From positions 99,903 to 163,902 of the forward strand of contig DAOPYQ010000004.1 of NCBI GenBank assembly GCA_035352955.1: a stretch of DNA of 64,000 bases. Direction: 5' to 3'. Source of the stretch: Candidatus Omnitrophota bacterium. Lineage in GTDB: Bacteria; Omnitrophota; Omnitrophia; Omnitrophales; Aquincolibacteriaceae. Below the pieces are notes generated by a model. The model saw nothing but the letters and a program-made list of their open reading frames with translations, did not search any database and was not told the origin of the DNA. Shown here piece after piece: positions 19,816 to 29,322 of this stretch; the first letter of the stretch is position 1; each line of letters opens with the position of its first letter. The translations under genes and the position numbers were made by a program.

Positions 19816-21285
19816 TCAATCGTTGGTGACCTTGACCGGCCGCCGCTTGACGGTCTCATAAAGCTGGGTATATTTTCGGGCTGACGACGCCCAAGAAAAA
19901 TCACTTTCCATCGCGTTTTTCACGAGGGCTTTCCAGAGCTTTTCCTGTTTGAAAACCTTGCAAGCCCGGAGGATCGTGGACAAAAACGCCTCGCCGGAGT
20001 ATTCCTCAAAAAGGAACCCGTTCCCTTTTTGGGTCGAGATCTCGAACTCCCGGATCGTATCGGCAAGCCCGCCCGTCGCGCGAGCGACCGGAACCGTTCC
20101 GTACCGAAGCCCGATGATCTGCCCCAACCCGCACGGTTCATAATAGGACGGGAAAAGAAGCATGTCGCAACCCGCATAGATCCGCTTGGCCATCTTCGGA
20201 TCGAACAGGATGTGGACTCCGAACCATTTTTTGTTCCGCTTGGCAATGTCACGAAGGATCTGGTGGTATTTTTCCTCCCCCGTCCCGAGGATGACAAGCT
20301 GAACCTCCTCTTTCGACAATTGCTCAAGGATCGGGATCAAAATATCCACACCCTTTTGATCCACCAATCGCGCCACAAGCCCGAGCACCGGGATACTTTT
20401 GTCGACCTTGAACCCGTTCTCTTTCTGAAGAGCGGCTTTATTAAGCTCTTTCCTCGAAGGGTTGCCGAGGCTGAACTGCGCTTCAATGTCGGAGTCCGTT
20501 TCCGGGTCCCAGTCTTTCGGGTCGATCCCGTTCACGATCCCTGTGACACTGTCCTTGCGTGCGGCAAGAACGCCTTCCATCCCGCAACCGGATTCCTTCG
20601 TCTGGATCTCCCGGCTGTAGCGTTCGCTAACGGTCGTGACCTCATCGGCAAAAACAAGTCCGCCTTTGAGGAAGCTGAACTTTCCATAAAACTCGAGGAA
20701 ATCGGATTTGTAAAGCTCCCACCCGAATCCCGTCGCCGGAAAAGAATCCGGCGGATAGTTCCCTTGATACGCGAGATTATGGATCGTGAAAAGGGTCCGC
20801 GCCTTCGGAAAAGGCGCGGCCTCCGTCCCGGGAACTTTGAGATAAACCGGAATGAGACCCGTCTGCCAGTCATGGCAATGGATCACATCCGGATTCAACT
20901 TCAGTTTTTCGGCCGCTTTCAAAACCGCCCGCTGGAAATACGTGAAACGGCGGTCATTGTCCTGATAATCCCCCACGGCGGTTCCGTAAAGTTCGTCGCG
21001 CATGAAATAATCGGGATGCTCGACGAAATAAACTTTAACGCCGTTGGGGAGTTTTTTCAGGAAGATCCGCGTGGCTTCGAGCTGGTTGCCGATGATCATT
21101 TCAAAATAATCGACAACAATCTCGAGTCCCAGTTGCTGGATGTCGATCCGCTTATACCTCGGCAGGAAAACAGAAACGTCGTGTCCCAGACCGCGCACAG
21201 CTCCGGTCAGAGAACCGACAACCTCCCCTAGCCCCCCAGTAGTCGCAAAGGGGGCCATCTCGGAAGCGACAAAAAGGATCTTCAC
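19816..21285 (-). CDS. glgA: glycogen synthase (ADP-glucose type)
   Basis: 489 aa GT5/GT-B enzyme with the N-terminal KILFVASEMAPFATTGGLGEV (KxGGL) motif. Confidence 0.9.
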   Translation of the reverse strand: MKILFVASEMAPFATTGGLGEVVGSLTGAVRGLGHDVSVFLPRYKRIDIQQLGLEIVVDYFEMIIGNQLEATRIFLKKLPNGVKVYFVEHPDYFMRDELYGTAVGDYQDNDRRFTYFQRAVLKAAEKLKLNPDVIHCHDWQTGLIPVYLKVPGTEAAPFPKARTLFTIHNLAYQGNYPPDSFPATGFGWELYKSDFLEFYGKFSFLKGGLVFADEVTTVSERYSREIQTKESGCGMEGVLAARKDSVTGIVNGIDPKDWDPETDSDIEAQFSLGNPSRKELNKAALQKENGFKVDKSIPVLGLVARLVDQKGVDILIPILEQLSKEEVQLVILGTGEEKYHQILRDIAKRNKKWFGVHILFDPKMAKRIYAGCDMLLFPSYYEPCGLGQIIGLRYGTVPVARATGGLADTIREFEISTQKGNGFLFEEYSGEAFLSTILRACKVFKQEKLWKALVKNAMESDFSWASSARKYTQLYETVKRRPVKVTND

Positions 21286-21310
21286 GGAATTTCTTCTGTC
21301 GGAAGAGGTC

Positions 21311-21613
21311 TTACTTTACTTCAACGACGCAATTCCAGCTCCCGAAAGCGTTCGGGATGCACTCGACGGGCTCTTGCGCATTCTGCCACGCGCCGTCCAC
21401 AAGATACCGGTACTCATAACGTCCCTTGGCCAACGTCACGGACGTTTTCCAGTTCCCCGTCGCGTCTTTCTTGAGGGGATTCTTGTCGGCCTTCCAACCG
21501 TTGAAGGTTCCGCCCAAAGAGACTTTCTTGGCTTTGGGGGCATAAAATTTAAAGTCCGTTGTTTTTTCACAAGGGGTGGTCGCACTGGTGCAGCACTTGG
21601 TCAACTTTGCCAT
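21311..21613 (-). CDS. standalone CBM48-like (AMPK-beta/isoamylase-N type) glycogen-binding domain protein
   Basis: 100 aa. TDFKFYAPKAKKVSLGGTFNGWKAD…RYEYRYLVDGAWQN matches the CBM48/E-set fold consensus (W…G.Y.YKF.VDG.W). Lies 25 nt upstream of glgA. Confidence 0.55.
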   Translation of the reverse strand: MAKLTKCCTSATTPCEKTTDFKFYAPKAKKVSLGGTFNGWKADKNPLKKDATGNWKTSVTLAKGRYEYRYLVDGAWQNAQEPVECIPNAFGSWNCVVEVK

Positions 21614-21696
21614 ATTCTTGCTCCTTTTTAGTTGTTGAATGGAACATATATCGAGGAAATTTGAAACTTGGCTCAGTATATATCAGAAAAAAGCGC

Positions 21697-21724
21697 TTGC
21701 CAAGATACATCTCGTCACTATAAT
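21697..21724 (+). promoter_or_regulatory. promoter of rpmB; the -10 TATAAT lies 9 nt from the ATG (likely leaderless)
   Basis: TTGCCA (21697-21702), a 16-nt spacer, then TATAAT (21719-21724). The ATG is at 21734 with no SD. Confidence 0.45.
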
Positions 21725-21733
21725 GAGCGGCTT

Positions 21734-21997
21734 ATGAGAACATGCACTGTCTGCCATAAGAAACCCCTTGTGGGAAATTCCATCGCACGCCGCGGTCTTG
21801 CAAAGAAGACCGGCGGTATTGGTAAGAAAATTACCGGCATCACTCGCCGCCGTTTCTTCCCGAACCTTCAGAAGGTGAAGGTTCAGTTTCCGAACGGAAC
21901 GGTCCGTCGCGTGAACGTCTGTGTGAAGTGCCTCAAGGCCGGTAAGATCAAAAAGGCCCCGTCCAGACGTCTCGTTGAAGTAAAAGCAGCAGCGTAA
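21734..21997 (+). CDS. rpmB: 50S ribosomal protein L28
   Basis: The N-terminal MRTCTVCHKKPLVGN resembles E. coli L28 MSRVCQVTGKRP, and it carries the RRFFPNLQ motif. The longer ORF from 21668 is rejected. Confidence 0.82.
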   Translation: MRTCTVCHKKPLVGNSIARRGLAKKTGGIGKKITGITRRRFFPNLQKVKVQFPNGTVRRVNVCVKCLKAGKIKKAPSRRLVEVKAAA

Positions 21998-22014
21998 GCT
22001 ATCCGCTAGTCCGC

Positions 22015-23649
22015 TTATTCCTTTAATTCTTTGACGTTCAGGACGAGTGTCTCCAAACCATTCCACTGTTTCGTCTTCACGGTATAGACCGCCTCAAATC
22101 CGGCGTCCGGGCGCGATGCCGCGCAGACCATCATCTGCTTTTCATTAAGGTGGGCCTGATAATTCAGAAGCCCGTCCGTCAATACGACCTCATAGGTCTC
22201 CCCATAAAGCCGCCTGGCCTTCGTCCGCGCGCGAAGGCCGCGACTGCGGAACGACGGCCGAGGATTCCCGATACCGTGAGGTTCCAAAAGAGCAAGCTCC
22301 CGTAAGAAATTCCCTGTCAGTTCTTTAAGTTCAAGCTCCATATCCGCCACAATGCGCGGTTTGAGGGCCTCGAATGACAAATGCTCCTGCGCATAAACGT
22401 TGATCTTCTCGCGCAATTCCGGGATCTTCGTCTCAAGAACGGTCAAGCCCGCCGCCTGCTCGTGTCCTCCGAACGCCTCCAGAGAAGAAGCGCACGATTC
22501 CAGCGCCTTGAACAGGTGGAACCCCTTAATCGAACGGCCGGACCCTCGGCCCGTCCCCTCTTCGACCGAGATCACGATCGCGGGTCTTGAAAATTTTTCG
22601 ACCAGCCGCGAAGCAACGATCCCGATCACACCGCGATGCCAACCTTTTCCCTCCACCACAATGATCCGCTCCCGGTTGAAATTGACCGTCCGCTCGACTT
22701 TCCGTATTGCGTCCTGGGTGGTTTCCTTTTCGGTCAGTTGACGCGCCTTATTTTCCGCATCAAGGATCTTCGCGAGGCTTTCCGCTTCGCGGGGTTCAGG
22801 GGTCAGTAAAAGACGGAGCGCGGTATCCGGCGAACTCATCCGCCCAGCCGCATTGATCCTGGGACCAAGGATAAAACCCACATGCCCCGTGTCCACTTTC
22901 GCCGCTTTCATCTTCGCCACTTCCGAAAGCGCCCGGATCCCCGGTTTTTTTCTCTCAGAAAGAAGCTCGAGCCCTTTTTTTACCAGGATCCGGTTCTCGC
23001 CCGTAAGCGGCGCGATATCGCTGATCGTCGAAAGCGCCACAAAATCAAGAAATTCCATCGCCCCATCGCCCAAAAGCGTCTGGCTCAATTTAAAAACAAG
23101 CCCCGCCGCGGAAAGATCCTTAAAAGGATAACCGCAATCCTCCTGTATCGGATTCAGGATCAGCGGCGTGTCGGGAAGACCTTCCGCGGGCAGCCGGTGG
23201 TGATCGATCACGATCACATCCATACCAAGTTTGCGCGCGATCTCGATCTCGATTTTGGCCGTGATCCCGCAATCGACCGTCACAACAAGCGACGCGCCGT
23301 TCTCCCCGGCTTTCCGGATCGCGTCTTCACTGACGCCGTAGCCGTCCCGCTCGCGCTCCGGAAGGAACGTCGTAAATTTTCCGCCCAGTTTTTCGAGCGT
23401 CCTGGCCATGATCGCGACTCCGGTGATTCCGTCGACGTCATAATCGCCGTGAACCATTATGGCCTCACCTCGCTGGACGGCGCGCTCGATGCGGATTTTC
23501 ACTTCCCGCATGTTCTTCATGAGAAAAGGATCGTGAAGGAACTCAAGACCTGAAAAAAGGAAGGATTCGATAGCTGAGGGATTTATAAATCCGCGCTTTT
23601 CGAGTAACGCGAGAAATGTTGGCGAAAATTTATTGCTCTTCTTTTCCAA
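22015..23649 (-). CDS. recJ: single-stranded-DNA-specific exonuclease RecJ
   Basis: 544 aa. DHH motifs (VHGDYDVDGITG, VIDHH) and a DHHA1 region (GGHEQAAG). Confidence 0.87.
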   Translation of the reverse strand: MEKKSNKFSPTFLALLEKRGFINPSAIESFLFSGLEFLHDPFLMKNMREVKIRIERAVQRGEAIMVHGDYDVDGITGVAIMARTLEKLGGKFTTFLPERERDGYGVSEDAIRKAGENGASLVVTVDCGITAKIEIEIARKLGMDVIVIDHHRLPAEGLPDTPLILNPIQEDCGYPFKDLSAAGLVFKLSQTLLGDGAMEFLDFVALSTISDIAPLTGENRILVKKGLELLSERKKPGIRALSEVAKMKAAKVDTGHVGFILGPRINAAGRMSSPDTALRLLLTPEPREAESLAKILDAENKARQLTEKETTQDAIRKVERTVNFNRERIIVVEGKGWHRGVIGIVASRLVEKFSRPAIVISVEEGTGRGSGRSIKGFHLFKALESCASSLEAFGGHEQAAGLTVLETKIPELREKINVYAQEHLSFEALKPRIVADMELELKELTGNFLRELALLEPHGIGNPRPSFRSRGLRARTKARRLYGETYEVVLTDGLLNYQAHLNEKQMMVCAASRPDAGFEAVYTVKTKQWNGLETLVLNVKELKE

Positions 23650-23701
23650 GTTTTCCTTTTAAGAAAAAAATCGCCTCTAGAGGTGAACCTTTCACCTTCA
23701 T

Positions 23702-23747
23702 GAAAAAAAAGAAGGGAACAGGCAGTCAAGGATTGCCTGTCCCCTTC
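23702..23747 (-). terminator. rho-independent terminator after secDF
   Basis: Minus strand: GAAGGGGACAGGCA-ATCCTTGAC-TGCCTGTTCCCTTC followed by TTTTTTTT. Confidence 0.6.
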
Positions 23748-23783
23748 TTTGACGCTTACAACTCACCGGCGACCACACGCCTC

Positions 23784-25958
23784 TTACTTATGCGCTTTCC
23801 AGTCCACAACCAACGCCGAAGCTACGAAAACGGTCGAATAAGTCCCGATCAAAAACCCAAGGGTCAAGATGAACGCAAAATCGCTAATCGCGCTTCCGCC
23901 GAAGAAAAGCAGCGACAAGGACCCGAAAATCACGGTCAAGGTCGTCAGAATCGTGCGGCTCAAACACTGATTGACGCTCAAATTCACGACTTCGATAAAC
24001 GGTGTCTTGCGCATCAGTTTGAGATTGTCCCTGAGGCGGTCAAAAATCACGATGGTATCGTTGACGGAAAAACCGATGATCGTCATGATCGCCGCGACTG
24101 TCGTGAGATTGATTTCACGTCCGCAGAGCGCATAGACACCGAAAGAAAAAAGGGTGTCATGCACAAGCGCGATGACGGCAGCCAGGGCATATTTCCACTC
24201 AAAGCGCCATCCGACATAGATCAGGATACCGAGCCAAGACCAAACGATGGCCCAAAACGCTTTATCTCTCAAGCTGCTACTCACCGAAGGACCGACTTGA
24301 TCGACTTTATCGATCGTGAAACCGCTCTTGCCAACAAGCGCTTCCGCGGCCGCCCCTACTTTGGAAGGATTCCCCTCCGCCATTTTGACGATGTATTGGT
24401 GGCTGGATGCCTCGCCGTATTGCTGGAGGGTAACGGATCTGAGCCCCTGCTTTTCGAGCTGCTCTCTCAATTTCCCGGGATCGACATTCTGCTTGAAGCC
24501 CACTTGCACAAACGTACCGCCGGTAAACTCAACGCCGTAATTTTTCGCTGAGGGAGAAACGATCGCAAAAATGCCCAGCGCCACGCAAATCACGGAAAAT
24601 CCGTAAGCCCAAAACCGCCCCTTCAAGAAAGGGATGTTCGGGGTCTTCAGAAGTTCGATCATCTTGAAAACCTTGTTCGGGTTCTTTTTCACGACATAAT
24701 CAAATATCGTACGCGTGACAAAGATCGACGAAAAAAGGCTCGCGATAAGACCGATGGAAAGAGTCACCGCAAAACCCTGGATCGGCCCCGTCCCGAAAAT
24801 AAAAAGCAGGGCCGATGTGATCAGGGTCGTTACGTTCGAGTCCAGAATCGCGGAAAAAGCGCGATGGAACCCCGCCGACACTACGGCGCGCGCGGTCTTT
24901 CCTGTCGCCGTTTCTTCGCGCATTCTCTCGAAGATCAGAACATTCGCGTCGACCGCCATGCCAATGGACAAAATAAAACCCGCAATACCCGGCAAGGTCA
25001 GCGTTTGGCTCATCGCCGCCATACTGCCCGCGATAAGAATGACATAAACGACCAGTCCGAGATTCGCGATCCAGCCGCAAAAGAGGTAATAGAGCGGCAT
25101 AAACACGATGACGAAAAGCACGCCGAAAAGGCTCGCCCGGATCCCGCTTTTGATCGAATCTTTTCCAAGACTCGGCCCGATGGTCCTTTCTTCCACGACC
25201 GTGACCGGGGCCGGAAGGGCGCCGGCGCGCAACACAAGCGCTAGATCGCTTGCTTCTGCGGCTTTGAAATTCCCGGAGATCTGAGCCTTTCCGTTCGGGA
25301 TCCTGTCGCGGATCACCGGTGCGGAATAGACCTGCCCGTCCAGCACAATGGCGAGCCTTTTACCGATGTTCTGGAACGTGACCTTATCAAAGAGCTTTCC
25401 CCCTTCACGGTCAAGCGTCAAAGAAACGACAGCCTGGCCGTACTGATCAAACGAAACGGCCGCCGTCGTGAGGTGTTCTCCCGTCAACACGGGTTTCATG
25501 TCCAGAAGCACCATTTCCTCGTTGGGACTTTCCTTGATCTTCTTGTATTCAAATCCAGCCGGGACAGCGCCTTCATCGGCCTTCTGGATCAGCGCGGTAT
25601 CTTCGGAAACGATCTTGAATTCCAGGTGGGCCGCCTTCCCGGCGATCTCTTTGGCACGTTCGCGATCCGTCACGCCGGGCAGTTTAACGACAACCTGGTC
25701 TTTGCCCTGCGTCGTGATCTCAGGTTCCTTGACACCGAATTCGTCGATACGGTTACGGATGATCTCCGCGACACGCGCCGTCACGTCCTTGCGCGCCGCC
25801 TCGGGGACCTTATCCATTTCGACCTGCAAGAGCAGCTGGACGCCACCCTGGAGGTCAAGACCCAGATTGATCTTATCCTTCGGCGGATAGGCCTTCCAGA
25901 TGGAAAACGCAACGAGCCCGATGATCAGCAGTACTTTCCACTTATAGTTTTTGTCCAT
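23784..25958 (-). CDS. secDF: protein translocase subunit SecDF (fused)
   Basis: 724 aa polytopic protein with a SecD N-terminal periplasmic domain and a SecF C-terminal half. Follows yajC. Confidence 0.9.
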   Translation of the reverse strand: MDKNYKWKVLLIIGLVAFSIWKAYPPKDKINLGLDLQGGVQLLLQVEMDKVPEAARKDVTARVAEIIRNRIDEFGVKEPEITTQGKDQVVVKLPGVTDRERAKEIAGKAAHLEFKIVSEDTALIQKADEGAVPAGFEYKKIKESPNEEMVLLDMKPVLTGEHLTTAAVSFDQYGQAVVSLTLDREGGKLFDKVTFQNIGKRLAIVLDGQVYSAPVIRDRIPNGKAQISGNFKAAEASDLALVLRAGALPAPVTVVEERTIGPSLGKDSIKSGIRASLFGVLFVIVFMPLYYLFCGWIANLGLVVYVILIAGSMAAMSQTLTLPGIAGFILSIGMAVDANVLIFERMREETATGKTARAVVSAGFHRAFSAILDSNVTTLITSALLFIFGTGPIQGFAVTLSIGLIASLFSSIFVTRTIFDYVVKKNPNKVFKMIELLKTPNIPFLKGRFWAYGFSVICVALGIFAIVSPSAKNYGVEFTGGTFVQVGFKQNVDPGKLREQLEKQGLRSVTLQQYGEASSHQYIVKMAEGNPSKVGAAAEALVGKSGFTIDKVDQVGPSVSSSLRDKAFWAIVWSWLGILIYVGWRFEWKYALAAVIALVHDTLFSFGVYALCGREINLTTVAAIMTIIGFSVNDTIVIFDRLRDNLKLMRKTPFIEVVNLSVNQCLSRTILTTLTVIFGSLSLLFFGGSAISDFAFILTLGFLIGTYSTVFVASALVVDWKAHK

Positions 25959-25961
25959 GAC

Positions 25962-26282
25962 TTACTCCTGTGTGCGCAGAGCGATAATGGCGCTTTTGAG
26001 AACTTCCATTTTAGTGCTTTCAGAATCCCCGATCTTGAGGACGAAATAGTCGTTTTGAATTCCGGTAATGACCCCGATAATGCCGCCCGACGTGATAACA
26101 CGATCACCCTTTTTCAGGTTGGCGATCATGTTCTGCAGTTCCTTCTGCTTCTTCTGTTGCGGCCGGATCATGAAAAAATAGAAGACCACAAAGATCATGA
26201 CGTACATGGGGAGGAACGTCATGAGCGCTCCACCCTGTCCTGCCGGTGCCCCGTCTGCTGCGTATGCGATAGATTCGAACAT
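25962..26282 (-). CDS. yajC: preprotein translocase subunit YajC
   Basis: 106 aa, a single TM helix followed by the conserved KKGDRVITSGGIIG motif. Confidence 0.85.
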   Translation of the reverse strand: MFESIAYAADGAPAGQGGALMTFLPMYVMIFVVFYFFMIRPQQKKQKELQNMIANLKKGDRVITSGGIIGVITGIQNDYFVLKIGDSESTKMEVLKSAIIALRTQE

Positions 26283-26378
26283 GTTTTCCTTTCGATAGCG
26301 TTGAACGTTAAAGGATAAGTGCTAAATGAAGAGCGGAAGAATCGATCTTTCTTGCCGCCTGCCGCTTACCACTTACGG

Positions 26379-27500
26379 TTATCTCGAATTCGGATCAAAA
26401 CGGTTCAAAAACTGCTTTTTGAATTTCAAAAAGGTCCCCTGACGGATATGGCCCCTCATGGACTTCACTAAGTTTACAAAAAAATGGACGTTATGCAAAG
26501 TAATCAATTGCGCGCCAAGGATCTCGTGACTGTTCACCAGGTGCCTCAAATACGCCCTCGAGAAGTCCCTGCAGGCGTAACAATCGCAATCCTTCTGGAT
26601 CGGCTTCGGGTCTTTTTGATATTTCCCATTGCGCACAACCACCAGACCGTCGCTCGTGAAGGCCGTTCCGTTCCTCCCGTAGCGCGTGGGGTTCACGCAA
26701 TCGAACATATCCGCGCCGCGCTCCACCGCCTCGAAGAAATCAAGCGGTGTCCCGACGCCCATCAGATACCTTGGCTGATCCGCAGGCATCATCGGCAGGA
26801 TCGCCTCGAGACATTCCAGCATCTCAGGCTTGGGTTCTCCGACCGAAAGCCCGCCGAGCGCGTATCCGTCAAAACCGATCTCAAGCGTTCGCTCGAGCGA
26901 CTCCTTCCGGAGGTCCTTGAACGTCCCGCCTTGCACGATCCCAAAGAGCGCCTGCGTTTTGAGCTTGTGGTGCTTTTTCGCACGCTTCGCCCATCGCAGG
27001 GTGATATTAACGGCTTTTTCGATCAGATGTTTATCCTTTGTCGCGGCGGGACATTCATCAAAGATCATCGCGATGTCGCTTCCGAACACTTCCTGGATCT
27101 CGACCACTTTCTCCGGCGTCAAATGGATCTCGCGCCCGTCGAAGTGGGAATTGAACGTGACACCGTCTTCCGTGATCTTCCGGAGCTTGCTCAGGGAAAA
27201 GACCTGGTAACCGCCGCTATCGGTAAGGATCGGGCCGTCCCAGCCCATGAACTTGTGGAGCCCGCCGAGCTTTTTAATGACCTCGAGGCCGGGACGGATA
27301 TAAAGATGGTAGGCGTTTGAAAGGATGATCTCGCTTCCCGCTTCCTTCACGTCCCGCGGCGTAAGCGCTTTCACGCTCCCCTGCGTTCCAACCGGCATGA
27401 AAACCGGCGTCTCGATCTCCCCGTGCGGCGTCGCGATGCGGCCGACGCGTGCGTTACATTTCTTATCCGTTCCTAAAAGTTTAAATCCAAATTTCTTCAT
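26379..27500 (-). CDS. tgt: queuine tRNA-ribosyltransferase
   Basis: 373 aa with the TGT signature and the zinc site CDCYAC…H. Confidence 0.93.
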   Translation of the reverse strand: MKKFGFKLLGTDKKCNARVGRIATPHGEIETPVFMPVGTQGSVKALTPRDVKEAGSEIILSNAYHLYIRPGLEVIKKLGGLHKFMGWDGPILTDSGGYQVFSLSKLRKITEDGVTFNSHFDGREIHLTPEKVVEIQEVFGSDIAMIFDECPAATKDKHLIEKAVNITLRWAKRAKKHHKLKTQALFGIVQGGTFKDLRKESLERTLEIGFDGYALGGLSVGEPKPEMLECLEAILPMMPADQPRYLMGVGTPLDFFEAVERGADMFDCVNPTRYGRNGTAFTSDGLVVVRNGKYQKDPKPIQKDCDCYACRDFSRAYLRHLVNSHEILGAQLITLHNVHFFVNLVKSMRGHIRQGTFLKFKKQFLNRFDPNSR

Positions 27501-27545
27501 TTTAGAAAATATACTCTTTCATTAAAAAAATAAACTCGCCTGCTT

Positions 27546-27938
27546 TTACAATTTGGCCAATTCGGCCTTGGAACAACCCATAATGCCGACTTTGAGTCCG
27601 CCGGCTTTCAAGATCCTGGTCGAACTTCCGAACAAAGAAGCCAGAACCACAAGGTTTACGAGCGGAACGATCAATCCAATCGCGTAGAGGAACGGCACAT
27701 CTTTTTTCAGTGCTTTGGCCAAACGGTATATCAGGATGATAAAATAAACAACAAGCACAAGAACGACTAGGCTCAGAAATAAATTTACCAGCACAGCCAC
27801 GGCGTTCGTTTTATCGAGCGGTATAAAGATTCCGACGATCCGCAAACCGAGGATCGTCAAAAAGCACCAAAGCGGCTTGCTTTGTGCTTTCGCAAGATTC
27901 AGCAATTCTTCTTTTTCGAAAATCGGTTTTTCGCCCAT
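27546..27938 (-). CDS. small integral membrane protein, function unknown
   Basis: 130 aa with 3 predicted TM helices and no recognisable motif. Confidence 0.45.
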   Translation of the reverse strand: MGEKPIFEKEELLNLAKAQSKPLWCFLTILGLRIVGIFIPLDKTNAVAVLVNLFLSLVVLVLVVYFIILIYRLAKALKKDVPFLYAIGLIVPLVNLVVLASLFGSSTRILKAGGLKVGIMGCSKAELAKL

Positions 27939-28044
27939 ATTTCCCTCCGCGTTTCAAGTTGCATTTCGCAAATATCCCATCTCCAACCTTACAACAGCCT
28001 GCCAGCTCACGCGATAAACATGGCCGCACCGTAGACGGCTATCA

Positions 28045-28108
28045 CTAAAAAGTCACGGTGCGATACTTATCCATTGGGGATAAGTGCATCGCCGCCCTAA
28101 AGGGCGGC
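28045..28108 (-). terminator. tandem hairpins downstream of queA (probable terminator)
   Basis: GCCGCCC-TAAA-GGGCGGC (28091-28108) and GCGATACTTATCC-ATTGG-GGATAAGTGCATCGC (28060-28092). A TTTTT run follows on the minus strand. Confidence 0.45.
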
Positions 28109-28116
28109 TTGCCAAC

Positions 28117-29280
28117 TTACGCAATAAACATTGCATCGCCATAACTCGCGAAACGGTAATCTTCTCTCAGGGCGGTATTGTACGCATTCATCATCTTGTC
28201 GTAATCTAAAAAAGCGGCGACCATGACAAGGAGCGTGCTCTTCGGCATATGAAAGTTGGTGATCAAAGCATCGACGATCTTAAATTCATAAGGCGGATGA
28301 ATAAAGATCGAGGTGTTTGCCCTGCCCGAAACGACCCCCCTCTGTGACCGGGGCTCGATAAGATTGGCCGCGGATTCGAGGGCGCGGACGCAAGTCGTGC
28401 CACAGACCACGACACGCCGGCCTTCGCGCTTGGCTTTATTGATCCGCGCCGCGGCATCTTCCGTGATCTCGTATTCTTCCTCGAACATTTTGTGCCGCTC
28501 GATCTCCTCGACCGCGATCGGCTGAAAAGTGCCGTAACTCACATGGAGCGTCACGGGAACAATTTCGACGCCCTTCCGGCGGATCTTCTCCAACAGCGCG
28601 TCGTCAAAATGAAGCCCCGCCGTCGGCGACGCCACAGCGCCTTCCTTTTCCGCAAAAACCGTCTGATACATGCTCCGGTCAAGCTCAATGTCATCACGAT
28701 CAATATACGGCGGAAGCGGAATATGCCCGAGTTTTTTGATCTTATCTTTCACGTCCGCGCCTTCAAAACGAATCCTGCGTTTCCCGGAATGCGGCTCGGC
28801 AGATGCGATCACTGTACCAACAAGCGAGATCGCTTCGTCACCACCCCCACTCCTCGCATGGACCGGCGACCGGCTTCCCTCCTTCTGAGCGACGCGAAGG
28901 ATCCCCCCCTGAGATCCTTCGTCAGGCCGTGGGTCTTCCTCAGGATGACGGATAAAAGTAATCCGCTCGCCGTCTTTGATCCGGCCGCCGGGTTTGAGCA
29001 ACGTCTCCCAAACGTTCGCGCCGACTTCCTTCAGCAAAAGCGCCTCGACCTTTCCGCCCGTCACCTTTTTCCCGAAAAGCCTCGCCGGAAGAACTTTGGT
29101 ATTGTTCAGAACGAGCAGGTCCGTGGGGTTCAGAAGACCCGGCAGATCGGAAAAGACACGGTGCGAGCAGACACCGCTCACCTTGTCGATGCACAAAAGT
29201 TTCGCGCCGGTACGTTGCTCGTCCGGGAACAGCGCGATCTTTTCTTTCGGCAAGGGATAATCAAAATCGGAGAGTTTCAT
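28117..29280 (-). CDS. queA: S-adenosylmethionine:tRNA ribosyltransferase-isomerase
   Basis: QueA N-terminus MKLSDFDYPLPKEKIA and C-terminal FASYGDAMFIA. At 387 aa it is ~30 aa longer than typical QueA, with an internal insertion. Confidence 0.9.
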   Translation of the reverse strand: MKLSDFDYPLPKEKIALFPDEQRTGAKLLCIDKVSGVCSHRVFSDLPGLLNPTDLLVLNNTKVLPARLFGKKVTGGKVEALLLKEVGANVWETLLKPGGRIKDGERITFIRHPEEDPRPDEGSQGGILRVAQKEGSRSPVHARSGGGDEAISLVGTVIASAEPHSGKRRIRFEGADVKDKIKKLGHIPLPPYIDRDDIELDRSMYQTVFAEKEGAVASPTAGLHFDDALLEKIRRKGVEIVPVTLHVSYGTFQPIAVEEIERHKMFEEEYEITEDAAARINKAKREGRRVVVCGTTCVRALESAANLIEPRSQRGVVSGRANTSIFIHPPYEFKIVDALITNFHMPKSTLLVMVAAFLDYDKMMNAYNTALREDYRFASYGDAMFIA

Positions 29281-29322
29281 AAGGTTCAGGAAATAGGGTT
29301 TAACAGATCGTTTTCCGAAGCT

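Noticed and set aside
20029-21231. 400-aa plus-strand ORF across glgA
   Set aside because: Antisense shadow of glgA with a low-complexity Arg-rich translation.
25473-26318. 281-aa plus-strand ORF over secDF/yajC; 23616..24551 plus-strand ORF over secDF
   Set aside because: Antisense shadows. The minus-strand frames give canonical SecDF and YajC proteins.
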